64,000 nucleotides of DNA from Marsupella aquatica (taxonomy: Eukaryota; Plantae; Marchantiophyta): the NCBI GenBank assembly GCA_973895155.1, contig OZ316895.1, positions 24,557,538-24,621,537 on the forward strand, written 5' to 3'. The notes beneath the pieces are model-generated. The model was not told where the DNA came from and ran no database searches. It saw nothing but the letters and a program-made list of their open reading frames with translations. Both the position numbers and the translations under genes were made by a program. Numbering within the stretch: the stretch's first letter is position 1; every line of letters starts with the position of its first letter. This document shows positions 13,477 to 24,652 of the stretch, piece after piece.

Positions 13477-14110
13477 AAGTCGTCCAAGCTTGCTTCTGAA
13501 AATGACTTCTGTACTCTCCAACTTGTTCTGATCATGGAAATCATCCCGAGTTAGAGAGTTTTTGAAGCCTTTGCCAGAGGTGAACTTGGACAACTTTTGA
13601 GTATGTTGTTCGTATTCGATCGACATTCTCATATTTGAGAATCAATGTCTTCAGTGAAGAAACATGATAATGCAAAGATTTAGTTAACGGTGAACGAATG
13701 CCAATTGTGAGTCTCTGTATTCTAACTTTTAGAGACTTGGGTCGAGATGATCTCGACCCAAGTATTAAAATATCCAATTCATCAATAGTGTACTAACTTT
13801 TTGCCTTGTCAGATTTTTTGCATATGGAAGACCACGTCTATCGACCACAAAAGTCGACCAAGCTTGCTTCTGTCAACGACTTCTGTACTCTCCAACTCGT
13901 TCTGATCATGGAAATCATCCCGAGTTAGAGAGTTTCTGAAGCCGGTGTTAGACATAAGCTTGATCAACTTTTGAGTATGATGTTCGTATTCAATGGAGAT
14001 TCTCATAATTGAGAATCGATGTTTTCCTACGACGAAATATGATAATGCAAAGATTTAGATACCGTTGACTGTTTAGCCACGATTGACTCTTCCTGTATTC
14101 TATTTCTAAA
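13477..14110 (+). repeat. ~250-bp imperfect direct duplication inside the first cargo-gene intron
   Basis: aagtcgtccaagcttgcttctg…gataatgcaaagatttag at ~13477-13730 and ~13851-14110; each copy is followed by a palindrome (13740, 14130). Confidence 0.85.
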
Positions 14111-15344
14111 GTATTGTTCACGAATTTAGGGTCGAGATCATCTCGAGCTTCCATTGTATTCCATGCTTGCCATCTGTAGATTGCGAAATACCCTCCAACT
14201 CGTTTCCATTGATGATTGGGGTTCGAAAAGGTGATTGGTAGTTGGGTTTATGATATTTTAGAATCAATTCCTCCCCCCAAATACATCTGGCCATGAAACA
14301 ACGGTTTTGTACTTATTTGAGTTCAACTATGTTAATGGGTGAGGGAAGCTCGAGATCGTCTCGAGCCTCTTACGGGATTTCTCATTTCTGTGATTCTGAC
14401 AATTGGTCTATTTTTCATTTTTTCCAGGTGCAAAATTGGGATCGCCCAATTTGATTGTTGAAGATGAACATGCCCTTGAGGTTTTGTGCCCTGGACAAAC
14501 TGATATAGGATTCTGTTGGGCCATTGAGCTAGCTGAAATTGAGGAGATGGAGGGGTCAGTTATTTGCTTGAAGACGAGGTCTCCATCTACCAAACCTCTA
14601 GTTTGCAGCTTACTTGGGCCTGTTGTTTCCATTGTCACAAGTAATGGTAAGGACATGGTCTTGACGGTGGAGAACCATGAGACTGGGAAATGGGCTCTCA
14701 TTAGGCTTCACTCCAAGAACTACTCGTGCAATCTTAATATTGAACGTGCTGCTAGGAAACAACTGAGCGTGATACCAATGGGATTCTTCCCCGATGGATT
14801 TACTGCCAGTAATTTGTTGGAAGAGTCCAAAATGACTGGGGCAGATATAATTTTTGGATTCTTGTATTGCCGGAAATACGGTTTTGATCATGACAATGAA
14901 TTCACGACTCCTTTCACTTGGAAGGTTTTGAGAATAATGTCAGATTCCAAGGTGGGAGAGTTTCAATCCATTTCCCCTGATTTTGTTTTTGGAGCTGGTG
15001 AATTTGACGAGGAAGGGTGTAAGAAGTGGGTGTTGTCTCATCGGAGACAAACAGGTAAAGGAAAATCAGGAGCTTCAGGAGATAAGATGTCAGGCTCGGA
15101 CAAGAAGGAGGTAAAGGTGGCGCAAAAGAGGAAAAGGGTTGAGAAACCTGAAAGCGCTTCGAAGAAGGCTCCGCCTAAGAAAAAATCTGCGCCTGTAAAG
15201 GTAGATCTCATTCTGGCATCTTCTTCGGGTGTGATTGCACATACCGATGATGATGGCACTCCAGGAGATGCTCCGGGTGAAAAGAGCGTTAAAGAAGGAG
15301 CCGAAGTTCTTAAGGAGATTGAGGAGTATTACACATTTGGCATG

Positions 15345-15790
15345 AATGAAACTTTTGACATTCCTGTCACTAGTATAGATTCACCTTCTGCAGTTTTGGT
15401 ATATAGGATGTTCAATAAGGACCATGCCATGGAGATCGCAAAATCCATGGTTAGAAACCCTGGAATGGTACCAGCTGTGGCGGATTTAATTCCGTATTCA
15501 AGAGAGAGTTCGCAGTTGCTCCATTATGATAATACTCCTGAGGATCGAAAGGAGTTCGAGTGGGGTGTTAAGAATAAGAAGGTGCAATTCCTTGCAATTA
15601 GTGGACAACACTCGGCCAAGGCAGCAGTTTGGATCATTGGTTGGTCTAAGAGCGATGCAAAGTTGAAGGAGGTCACCAAGAGTCTTCAGCTTTGAAAGTC
15701 ACAAATTCTTTTGGACAAAACTCCAAGAACAATACTTGCTCAACACTCACAAAGGGCAAATGCAGTTAACAAGACAATGGAGTATGAGTC
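15345..15790 (+). other. ParB/Sulfiredoxin-like domain in the cargo protein
   Basis: FDIPVTSI…YRMFNKDHAMEIAKSMVRNPG…FLAISGQHSAKAA…(stop)KSQILL…HSQRANAVN follows the ParB-N pattern (IPxxxI, R, LAxSI..G, IDGxHR, terminal EN/AN); the GxHR Arg is replaced by Ser. Confidence 0.6.
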
Positions 15791-16759
15791 CTATTTTCTT
15801 GATACTATGGTCCATGCCCGTCGACAGTTTGACGTGTGTGGCCATCCGGAGAGACTCGTGATTGGGTCCAATAGACTAACGGATCATCAAAAGTTCCAGG
15901 TATATTCGAACTCAAATCCACTTCTAGCTCGAGATTGTTTCGAGCCTCAAGGTCAAGTTTTTGTATTCAAGTCTTTTTCAATAAATTCCAACATAGTTTC
16001 TTCATTCTACCTCTAGATCGTCTCAAGCCTCAGATTTTCGTTGTTATCTTTGGATCAGGATTTCATGGCTTTGGCCAAAATAACGACTGGAAAATCTGAC
16101 CTGAAGAATATTTTTTGGTTGTTGTTTTCGGAAGAGAAACTGTTCCAGTCTTGGAGACTAATATGCATCGATTGGGTCAAGGGGCTTCTTCCTGATGGAC
16201 TTGGTGAGTTAGGTTCAAAAATGAACGGGAAAAGCCGGACAACAAAAATGATTACACCGGCATTGTTTAGATGCTTTGAAGGGGACCTCAGTAGTGAGGA
16301 CATTCTAAAGGTGTTCACCGCCGTTCATCATCAAAAGGTTCTATTGAAGAAAGACCCGGCGAACAAATCTGATGTTCAATCAATGAGTGACATGGCCCAT
16401 ACTTTTAAAGTCATGACAAAGCTGAGGGCAAAAATCGTGGAGTACTACGTTTTAAAGTATCCCGAAAATTTTTCCGATTCACTTACTTGGTTTGAGCTAA
16501 CTCAATTTTTGCCAGCATTTTTAGATCGCGGCGAATTGCCGAAACTGAGACAGCTCGCTGGGGAGGTTTGGCTGTCCAATCTCCTAAAGAGAAATAGGGC
16601 CAAAGAACCATTGCCGCAAAGTCTCATTGTGAAGCTTGAGCAGATATAGTGCAAGACGTTTGGTGGGACTCCTGCTATGGTGGATACTCCTTATCACAGT
16701 TTTTTAAGCGACAATCTTATGAGGACGATGAAGCCGGAATCAGTTGGACCCTTTCATAA

Positions 16760-17480
16760 TACGTGCGCACTTGCCGTTGTCGACTTTGGTCGTATTCGAC
16801 AACGTCAGTGGACAGATGCTGAGATTTTTGTCTTGTTGGAATATTGTCTGGAGATGTCTAACTCAACCGAGTTTTTGGCAATCATTTTTGTCCGTCAGGG
16901 CCCTTTAATAGGCCAGATTCAGAGTGCCTTCGAGAAGTTCCGTCGTGAGAAGAAAGTCCACACTAAGCTCGAGTACGATAGTTACTACCATGAAGATGTA
17001 CCCAAGGAGGAAGGTGACTTTCTCATAGGAGCACGGGACACTATCATTTTTGGGGGAGTTTGTTGTGATGAAGAGCCTGACTGGTCCCAAATTTTCTTCG
17101 ACGATTTTTATGCGTTCTGGAATTACAATGCTAAGTACGACAAAGACTTCACCATCTTACCGATGAGGTCTTCCGCTGGGAAAAGCAAGGATCAACAAAG
17201 AGGGAAAGAGAAGCAGGATGAAGTTGGAGTTGATGTCAAAGTATTGGAGAAGATGGCCCCGTCTTATGAGATGGTCGGTCGGAGAGGGGGCTTTGTAAAC
17301 CCCAGAGCTAAACCTATACGAATGACAAAGCGTCTTGTTGATTATTTCTCCAGCACTGGTCACACAGTGCTTGACTTCTTCTTCGGAGGGCAGACCCTCA
17401 AAGCTTGCGTCATTGTTGGTCAGGATTGTTTTGTTTATTCTGACACAGCTCAAGAGATGGAATTCATCGAAGCTTATGCG
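16760..17480 (+). other. Degenerate beta-class N6-adenine/N4-cytosine DNA methyltransferase-like domain
   Basis: VNPRAKPIRMTKRLVDYFSSTGHTVLDFFFGGQTLKACVIVGQDCF resembles the N6_N4_Mtase C-terminus (HPxxKPxxLxxRLI..S..GD.VLDPFxGSGTT..A....R.F); the motif IV position probably reads LAVVDFG (no DPPY/SPPY). Confidence 0.65.
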
Positions 17481-18603
17481 CGGCTCCTCCATGACAACCG
17501 CCATGTTTTATATATTCCACCCCGAGAGTCGTTGCCATCTGAGGCCATTGAAGTCGGTCCCCTTACTGTTTTGGAAGAAGTGGCCTCGGATCCAGCTCCA
17601 GTTGAGGCGAGTGTTTCCGAGGAAGTTTTTGCGGAGAATTTGGAGCATCGCAAAACAGAGGGCCCCAAAATCCCAAGCTACATGGAAGAGGAGGGTGAAA
17701 TATTGCCCGAATTTAATGAGGTAAATGATGGTCGAGATGATCTCGAGCTTCCTGGTGTACCTTCTTCGGGGGACGTGTTTCATGCAGAGGATGCACAACG
17801 TGAGCAGCAGTCTTTGAACTTGGATGTTGGTTGGGAAACCACCTTGCAGGATGCTGCCAGCCACCCAATTCCTAGCCCACCTTGACTCGATGAGATCCTT
17901 TCAACCAAGAAAGCTTGTTGCTCCCCTGCCATAACTCCCCCTCAGGACGAGGCAGGTGCATCGTCTTCTCCCTTGGACCAAATGTTTTGCGCTTCAGAGG
18001 ATAAGCTTGTTTTCACAGATTCTTCTACTGGAAGCCCCATAATTCTCCCTTTTGTTAGGAAACCTGGTGTTGAAATCGGTAGAACTGACTACAAATCTCT
18101 CAAAGCTAATGCTACTCATTATGTGTGGATTCATGGTCCATCAAAAGGCGAACAAGTCAGTGTAGATCAGGCTGAGAAGATTATGCGTTCCAGGGATTAT
18201 AGGAAAAATAAGTTCAAATTAGTGCCAGTCTGGTCTGAGCCAGCTCTTGTTGAAATGCTTCCTGGAGGGATCAATTTGGACATCCAAAACCAATTAGGAG
18301 ATAACCTTCTAGATGAATTTGGGTCTTTTGGCAAGTGACGTTGAAACCCAAGCTACCTTCAGTCCTCAAATTCAGCCATCTAAATTATTATGTCTACCTT
18401 CACAGTGATAGGCGGGCCATTACCAGTTGTGGATTGCATCGACAATAGTCTCCAAAGCTTTCCACATTCTTTGACATCTGCCCTTCAGCCAATTGCAGGT
18501 TTGTCACGCACTGTTGTTCATTTACTTTTCATGCTCGAGATCATCTCTAGCCTACCATTATTTTGTCTCACACAATTTTAATATAGGTGTCTCTTGTTTG
18601 CAG

Positions 18604-19661
18604 GACCCTTGCCTCCACTTCACGGTCCAATCAGACGGAAGCTATTGATTCTTGACCTCAACAAAATGTGTTGGGATTCTGTTAGAACTCCGAGTCCCGG
18701 ACCGCGTCGAAGTGCCACAAGTGTCAAGGGTGTTCATTGGGGGAGAAGTGGAGGATTTAACTTTATGTATGTTGAGCGTCCCCATCTTCACGAGTTCTTA
18801 ATCGCAACTTTTGCTATATTTGATGTTGCCATCTGGACTTGTGCGAGAAAGCCCAGGGCAAATGAAATGATTCATTTGATCTTCACTCAAGAAGAGCAGG
18901 AGCAATTCAAGTTTATTCTAACGCAAGAAGATACATTTGACACTGGAATCCAGAGGCCTGATGTCACCGAAGGAAAGGCAAATATTCTTTTGAAGGATTT
19001 GAGGGTTGTTTGGAAACGTTATGGTTTATTATACGATGAGACTAATACACTCCTCCTTAATGACTCTCCAATGAAGGCGTTTGCAAATCCAGAGAATTGT
19101 GGGTTGTTCCCTTCTTCATTTTTGCATCACTCCACGGATGATACTTTCTTTCCCGAAATACTGTGGCCTCTGCTGAGGAAATTGTATCATGCCTTCAATC
19201 TTCAACACTACCTATTTATCAATCAACCAAAGTGGTCTATGATCAATGTTTTATCGGACAGGGATCAACATGCTGCCATTTATGCGCTGTTGTCGGAGAG
19301 GTGGGGTAGTATGGTATGGGTTCCCACTGTTATCCATACAGTCTTGGATGTTACAGCGGACGAAATTCCCTGGGATATCAAGAATGAAGTGCAACAATTG
19401 CCACCAATTGAGGAATTGACGGAGGAGGCGATCGAGGACCTTATAAGGATATTAATTGGGGATCAGTATACAGGACCCTATAGAGACAATCATCTGGCAT
19501 TTGTTTTGGAAGTTCTGAGGACTAGAGACCTCACGACTAAGTTTTGGAATAGAAATCCTCTGGATTTCTGCAATCGTGATATGAAATATGACCCGTCAGG
19601 GTCTAGATTTACTTGCTCAAATGAATTCTGCGGGGAGGAGGATCATGAGATTTGGGTCTAG
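18604..19661 (+). CDS. FCP1/NIF-type HAD phosphatase-like domain (probably the last exon of the cargo gene)
   Basis: RRKLLILDLNKMC…YVERPHLHEFL…FDVAIWTCA…LLKDLRVVW…YDETNTLLLNDSPMKAFANP; acceptor ttgtttgcag at 18603. Confidence 0.8.
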
Positions 19662-20244
19662 ATGATCTCGACCCTACACCAAACACTGATTATTAGTTAG
19701 GGGTATATGTTTGCAGGAAAGCGTGAAGCTTACCGTAACATCCATTTGGGTCTAAATGTTCTCGACCCTCTACTGAAGAAATAGGATTTTACTTATAGAT
19801 ATATACTCATAAAAAGGTTAGTCTATTCGGGTCTTAACCCTATACAGAAAGAATAGTAAGTTAAAGATATACATTCAACAACGGGTCAGAATTATGTGAA
19901 CCCTCCATTTTGGTCGAGATGGTCACCATATAGATTTTTATAGATATGCATTCAACAACCGGTCAGAACCATCTGGACCCTAAATAGGGGTCAACGTGAT
20001 CTCGACCCTGTAAAATAGGTTTTATAATTTTATAATACATCACTTGTTTTCCTGGAGTTCCGTGTTCATGACCCTTGGTTAGAGTGTGTCATTTTTAATG
20101 TTATCATTTGAATTTATTGTATTGTCAAACTAATATTGTCTTATTCTATATTTTTATCTGTTTATATTTTAATTAATAATATTTATAATTAATAACTTAG
20201 TTATTTAATAATTTGAGCATCACAATTGTAAATTTACACTTTAA

Positions 20245-20371
20245 AAAGTGTACATTTGGCCACAAAAATGTATGATTTTGGGGACAAAGTTATAGAATTT
20301 TGGGGTGTAAAATAATAGATTTAAACATCAACTTTTGGACTAGAGAAATTCCAGTTTTAATGAATAGGGTG
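20245..20371. repeat. Right subterminal repeats and right TIR
   Basis: tgtacatttggccacaaaaatgtatgattttggggacaaag…; TIR 20349-20371. Confidence 0.75.
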
Positions 20372-21578
20372 ATTTGTTGGGTACTAACCAAGATTCTGCG
20401 TTACTCTTGGAAGGAGGAATAAAATGTATGAATCTTAGTTTATTATGTATCACGCTAAAGAACAGAACGGGCCAAACAGGGAGAGAGGATCTCTATAGGG
20501 GAGAAAATAATGGCAAGTAATTGAAGAAATGCGGAAAGAAATGTCAAGGACCATTGAAACTTTTGAGAGTTTGGTGGCTTTTGAACTGTTCAAGTTGTGG
20601 CACATCTGTTTCTGCCTAATCTATTTTGGGCATTTTGGAAGCTGTCAGTTTGGCGAGCCCTCAACTTCTGTTGCTGAAAGAAGCACAAATCAAAACAGTA
20701 GTGTGAAATCATCAAACATATGGGTATTCACGAGGTTTAGCGAGAGCTTTCGAGGTCATTTGAATGTTTGTTCTCTGCATGTATATGCTCGGGGGATTTT
20801 GGAGCCAGTCAGCAATTTATATGTAAGCTGAGGTGGGCTTTACAAGATGGTGGGGGCCATTAAGTCTCTCTCCATACAGAGCAAAGCTGATGGCCATTTC
20901 CTTCCACAAAAGTTAAAATGCCTGAGCCTAAATGTGTCTGGTTTGGAAGTAATCAATGCAATTCCCTGAAAATAAGCGGCCGTTTGCTCCAAGTTTTTAG
21001 ACCACCTCAAGAGGAAGTCTAAGTTTTTGACAAAAAAGCTTGCACACCACACCTCAGCAAAAAAAGGGACCCACAAGGGGCCCACTGACAGATGACTAGG
21101 TTTGGTAATGATTTTGGTTCATTGTGCCCCCAAGTTCATGTAAAGTGAAGTGTGGTCAGTTCCCACATATGAATGACTAGGATTGCATCTTTCACTTAGA
21201 AAAAAAGGAATTGCTGCCCCCAAGTTCTTGTAAAGCCACCCTGAGACATCTCTGCAAGCTGAGATGAAGAACAGACAACTTTCAAACGCGGAAAAAGAGG
21301 AGTACAATCATGGCTGTAATGATTGTGCAGTTTTTTCTTCGACCTGTAATGATTGTATTGTTCCTGGTCCAGTATTCAATCCTTTCTATCCAATTGGGGA
21401 AGGCATACAATTGGGGAGTTGCAGGGATAATGATGTAAACGTAGGTGAGGCGGCAAAGAGTCTCAACTGAGGCATGTCAGGTGAGAGATCGAGAGATATG
21501 TAGAGCCAGGACTTGGGTTGTTCACTAAAAGAGGCAAACATGGTGAAGGCAGGATCGGAAAGGCAGTAAGCTCTGAAC

Positions 21579-21919
21579 ATGGCTGAGGCGAGTTGGAGCA
21601 GTATGGGCTACTGCAGCTCGCCATCGATGTTATGGAACTCAATGCCCATGTTTGCCGTGGTGTACGCCTTTGATTACTTCGTGGTGGTCAAGCAATGGAA
21701 AGGGAAGCCTCAATTTGATGCAGCGAGTTGCTGCATCTAGCTGGTGCATGGCACAATCTCAACCATTCTGGCCGCGCAGGATATCTTCAGCAGCCATTGG
21801 GTTCTGGATGCTCCCAATACCCTGAGGAAAACCCAGATCATGGAGTACAACATGGCCTACTTGTAATTGACCTGCTCAACTACATGTATGCTTCTCCTGA
21901 TGATTACCTCTTCATAGCG
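21579..21919 (+). pseudogene. 5' fragment of a TLC (TRAM/LAG1/CLN8)-domain membrane protein gene, At5g14285-like
   Basis: Translation MPMFAVVYAFDYFVVVKQWKGKPQFDAASCCI*LVHGT…APNT…IMEYNMAY(fs)IDLLNYMYASPDDYLFIA resembles that family (…FRNW…EASSCLIS.FHG…NT…AYF..DL.HY…P.D.LFI.HH). It has an in-frame stop and a frameshift, and is truncated before the HH motif. Confidence 0.7.
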
Positions 21920-24652
21920 TGTACTCTGACTAAAAGGAGGTTGAGCTGATTGGAGTTCAGGGCCGGGTGAGGTAACTTTTCTGAAGTCTAAAGTTTTGTC
22001 AACTGTGGCATAAGAGTGTTTCTTGTGTCTGGTGGTATTTTATTGGAAACTGACTGTATTGGGTTTTGGATTGAAGTTTCTAGAATTGTTCAAGTACAAA
22101 TGTTGTCTATAATAGTTACTCCAGGATGTCATAAAATCAAAGCTTTTCATACATTTGGTATTTTCAAAAATAATTCTCTAATAGAAAGTGGCAGTTTTGG
22201 AATGAGAATTTTGAAGGTTTCGAGCATTCCTTGGAGGCCCGATTCAATCCTAAATCTGGTACAAAATGAGATTTAATACATGCTAGATCAATGTTGCTTT
22301 TGTTACAAAAATACCACCAATTTCAAATGGTAGAAGCAACCAAAATGGAAAACCCCTTTCTGGTTTGGTCCAACATTGTGTTTAAAGAGTAAACATAATT
22401 GTAAAAGAAGAGTTTCTTGGAAGGAATCTCCAATATTTGTTGTTTTGGTTGGCCATCAACATGATATATAGTGGTAGGAAGGTGCACACGGTTACTCTTT
22501 GGTAGTGTATGGCATTCAATGTAAGTGCAAATGGATGTGTGTCCTATGCAACACTTAGCAACTTACAAACTGTGAGGCCCTTGGCATGGAACTGTGGAAA
22601 GTACACCATGTGATAATGTGTAAGGTGAAGGGCCCACCATGAGTGGATTATCCAAAATAGTGACTGAGGTTGATGCTGAAGGACTTCTATTCAGATAACT
22701 TACAAGGCTCGAGGACCCTAATTTGCTTTGATTCCAGGCCCTAAACTTCTAACTTTAGATTGGTCAAATAGAGAATGCCCCTTGTACGTTGTGAGTGCAT
22801 CATTCTCTCTCTGCCCAACACATTCTGCTCTCATTCTCTCTCTGCCCAAGTCTCTCAAGAGAGTTTCATTCTAGGTCTTCCAGCTTACAATCCAAGTTTT
22901 GGCCCAGGCTTACAGAATCACAGGTTTCCCAACTTTAGTGAAACGAACATTGATGATGGATCTTTGCGGTGATGAAAATACTGCTCCCATGCACTGTTCA
23001 CAGAACCTACTGATCTGGGATGGACTACTTGGGAACGGGCTTGTCGTTTTACTCTCTGACATTGTGAAGCAAATGTGGTCCATTGGGGCAGTGTTTCATG
23101 ATTGGTGTTAAATAAAAAAACCAAAAAAACCTCTAGTGTATGCTCCAGTGCGCATTCCACAAGCGCAAGCTCTTCCTTATTGAAAGGCTGCTCATTTTTC
23201 AGTTTTTTTCTTTGTATTTCTATGGGTTACGCCTTTGCCTCCTTACCAGCCTGGCCTGGGGTGTACTATGAGATTTATGCCCTTAATTAGGCTACCCTGC
23301 CAGTAGGGTTATCCAATTCTGGGCTCAATTATCAGGTCATAAAGAGCCTTAAACTACACTTGGGCTAACTCTTGTTCATCCAGAGCCACTCTGGGGCCAT
23401 ACCTGTAACTCCATTATCCATAATCCCATTGGGGCCAGGGGTTACCCTTCTCAATTTAGCTCTAGACCTACAACGGCAACCTTACAGTAGCCCACACGGT
23501 ATTATTCTGCCCTGGGTAGCCCGCAGGGCAACAGACTCGCAGCCCGAACGTTGCCTGTTGGGGCGCTCGAGAATTCGCGAATGAGGAATTAGTTTGTTCG
23601 ACGATGGAGCATTTGGGAAGGCCATGGACGAGGCGAATCGAGCATTCGTGGAGCAGGGAAAAAATGCACAGGTTTCCAATCTTTGGTCGTGAAATGGGTG
23701 ATGTTCTCCACAGTTTAAACCTCAGGAACGTGAGAAATGCAGCGCCACAAAATAGGCACCACACTCGAGAAAAATTGGAGAGCTTGGCCACTTTAGTGCC
23801 CCCTGTCTTGAATCGTGAAGCAAGCATACAGATACAGAAAGTTGGGACCAGACGATGCAGACTCTTGGAAATTCAAGTATCTGGCAGCAGCCAGCTCTGA
23901 TTCTTACCGAGTGAGTGCATAGGGACCGAAACACATAATGACGATACCAAGATAAGACGTACACAGGTAGATTTGTGCAAACTAGTTGTGGAAGGCCTCA
24001 CTTTCCAGAGCCACAAGTGTTAAGCATATATTGAGCATCTCTTGATCCAAATATCTTACTTTTTACAATGTCGAACGAACGACTCGCTATTCGTACTATA
24101 CAAACATATACTGAGCATCTCATAGAAGCTCAGCTCTTTCAAAACTTGGCGAAACTTGTGATTCGCATGCAGTACCCCGACAAATCTACATTTCATCCTT
24201 GTAATAATCTCTATCGGAGCCTAATTACTCGCCCCAAATTTGAGCATTGCTTTTGCGTCGCTTGCGGTAATGTACCCGCTTTCAGGGAAAACTCTCACAA
24301 GCACGTCTGGAGAAGAGGAACTGCCATGTTGCGGCCAAACTCCGAGATTTTCGAAGAGAGGAAGGGACCGGGCGATCCAGCTCTACGACATATAGAGTCG
24401 GATGAAAATGGCCCTGTCTCATCCCCAAGGATGCTCATGTGCGCGGCGCTGGCTCTCGTCTATGATGACAATGCACATTGCTCCAAGAGTTCAAATTGTG
24501 CTGTCTAAGTGTCGTCGTCGACTGTTGGAGAGGGGCGGTTCCAACTTTCGTCGTAAACGCCTCCTACTACCAGCATTTTGTCAAGCCGGGATGCGAGGCC
24601 AGACGGGTGTTGATTTGAGACAGACCCAGCTTGTTCCAACCTCGAGAGACGC

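Larger units (their letters stand above)
12915..19661 (+). pseudogene. Transposon cargo gene, spliced, roughly 1700 codons: ParB/Srx-like + beta-class N6/N4-MTase-like + acidic linker + FCP1/HAD-like; several nonsense mutations
   Basis: Putative exons 12915-13032, 14428-15899, 16059-~18498 and 18604-~19660. GT..AG introns 13033-14427 (phase 1) and 15900-16058 (phase 0) join the ORFs in frame. ORFs 14403/15711 and 16041/16677/17973 are in-frame series separated by single stops. The link to the FCP1 exon across 18338-18498 is uncertain. Confidence 0.6.
6714..20371. mobile_element. Large (~13.7 kb) TIR DNA transposon with DDE transposase and multi-domain cargo gene (En/Spm- or Sola-related; superfamily unresolved)
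   Basis: Perfect 19-bp inverted match CTATTCATTAAAACTGGAA (6718-6736) / TTCCAGTTTTAATGAATAG (20349-20367), extendable with 2 mismatches to CA...TG termini flanked by AT on both sides (possible 2-bp TSD). Subterminal ~22-bp repeats at both ends, an internal transposase, and an element-restricted palindromic motif throughout. Confidence 0.85.
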
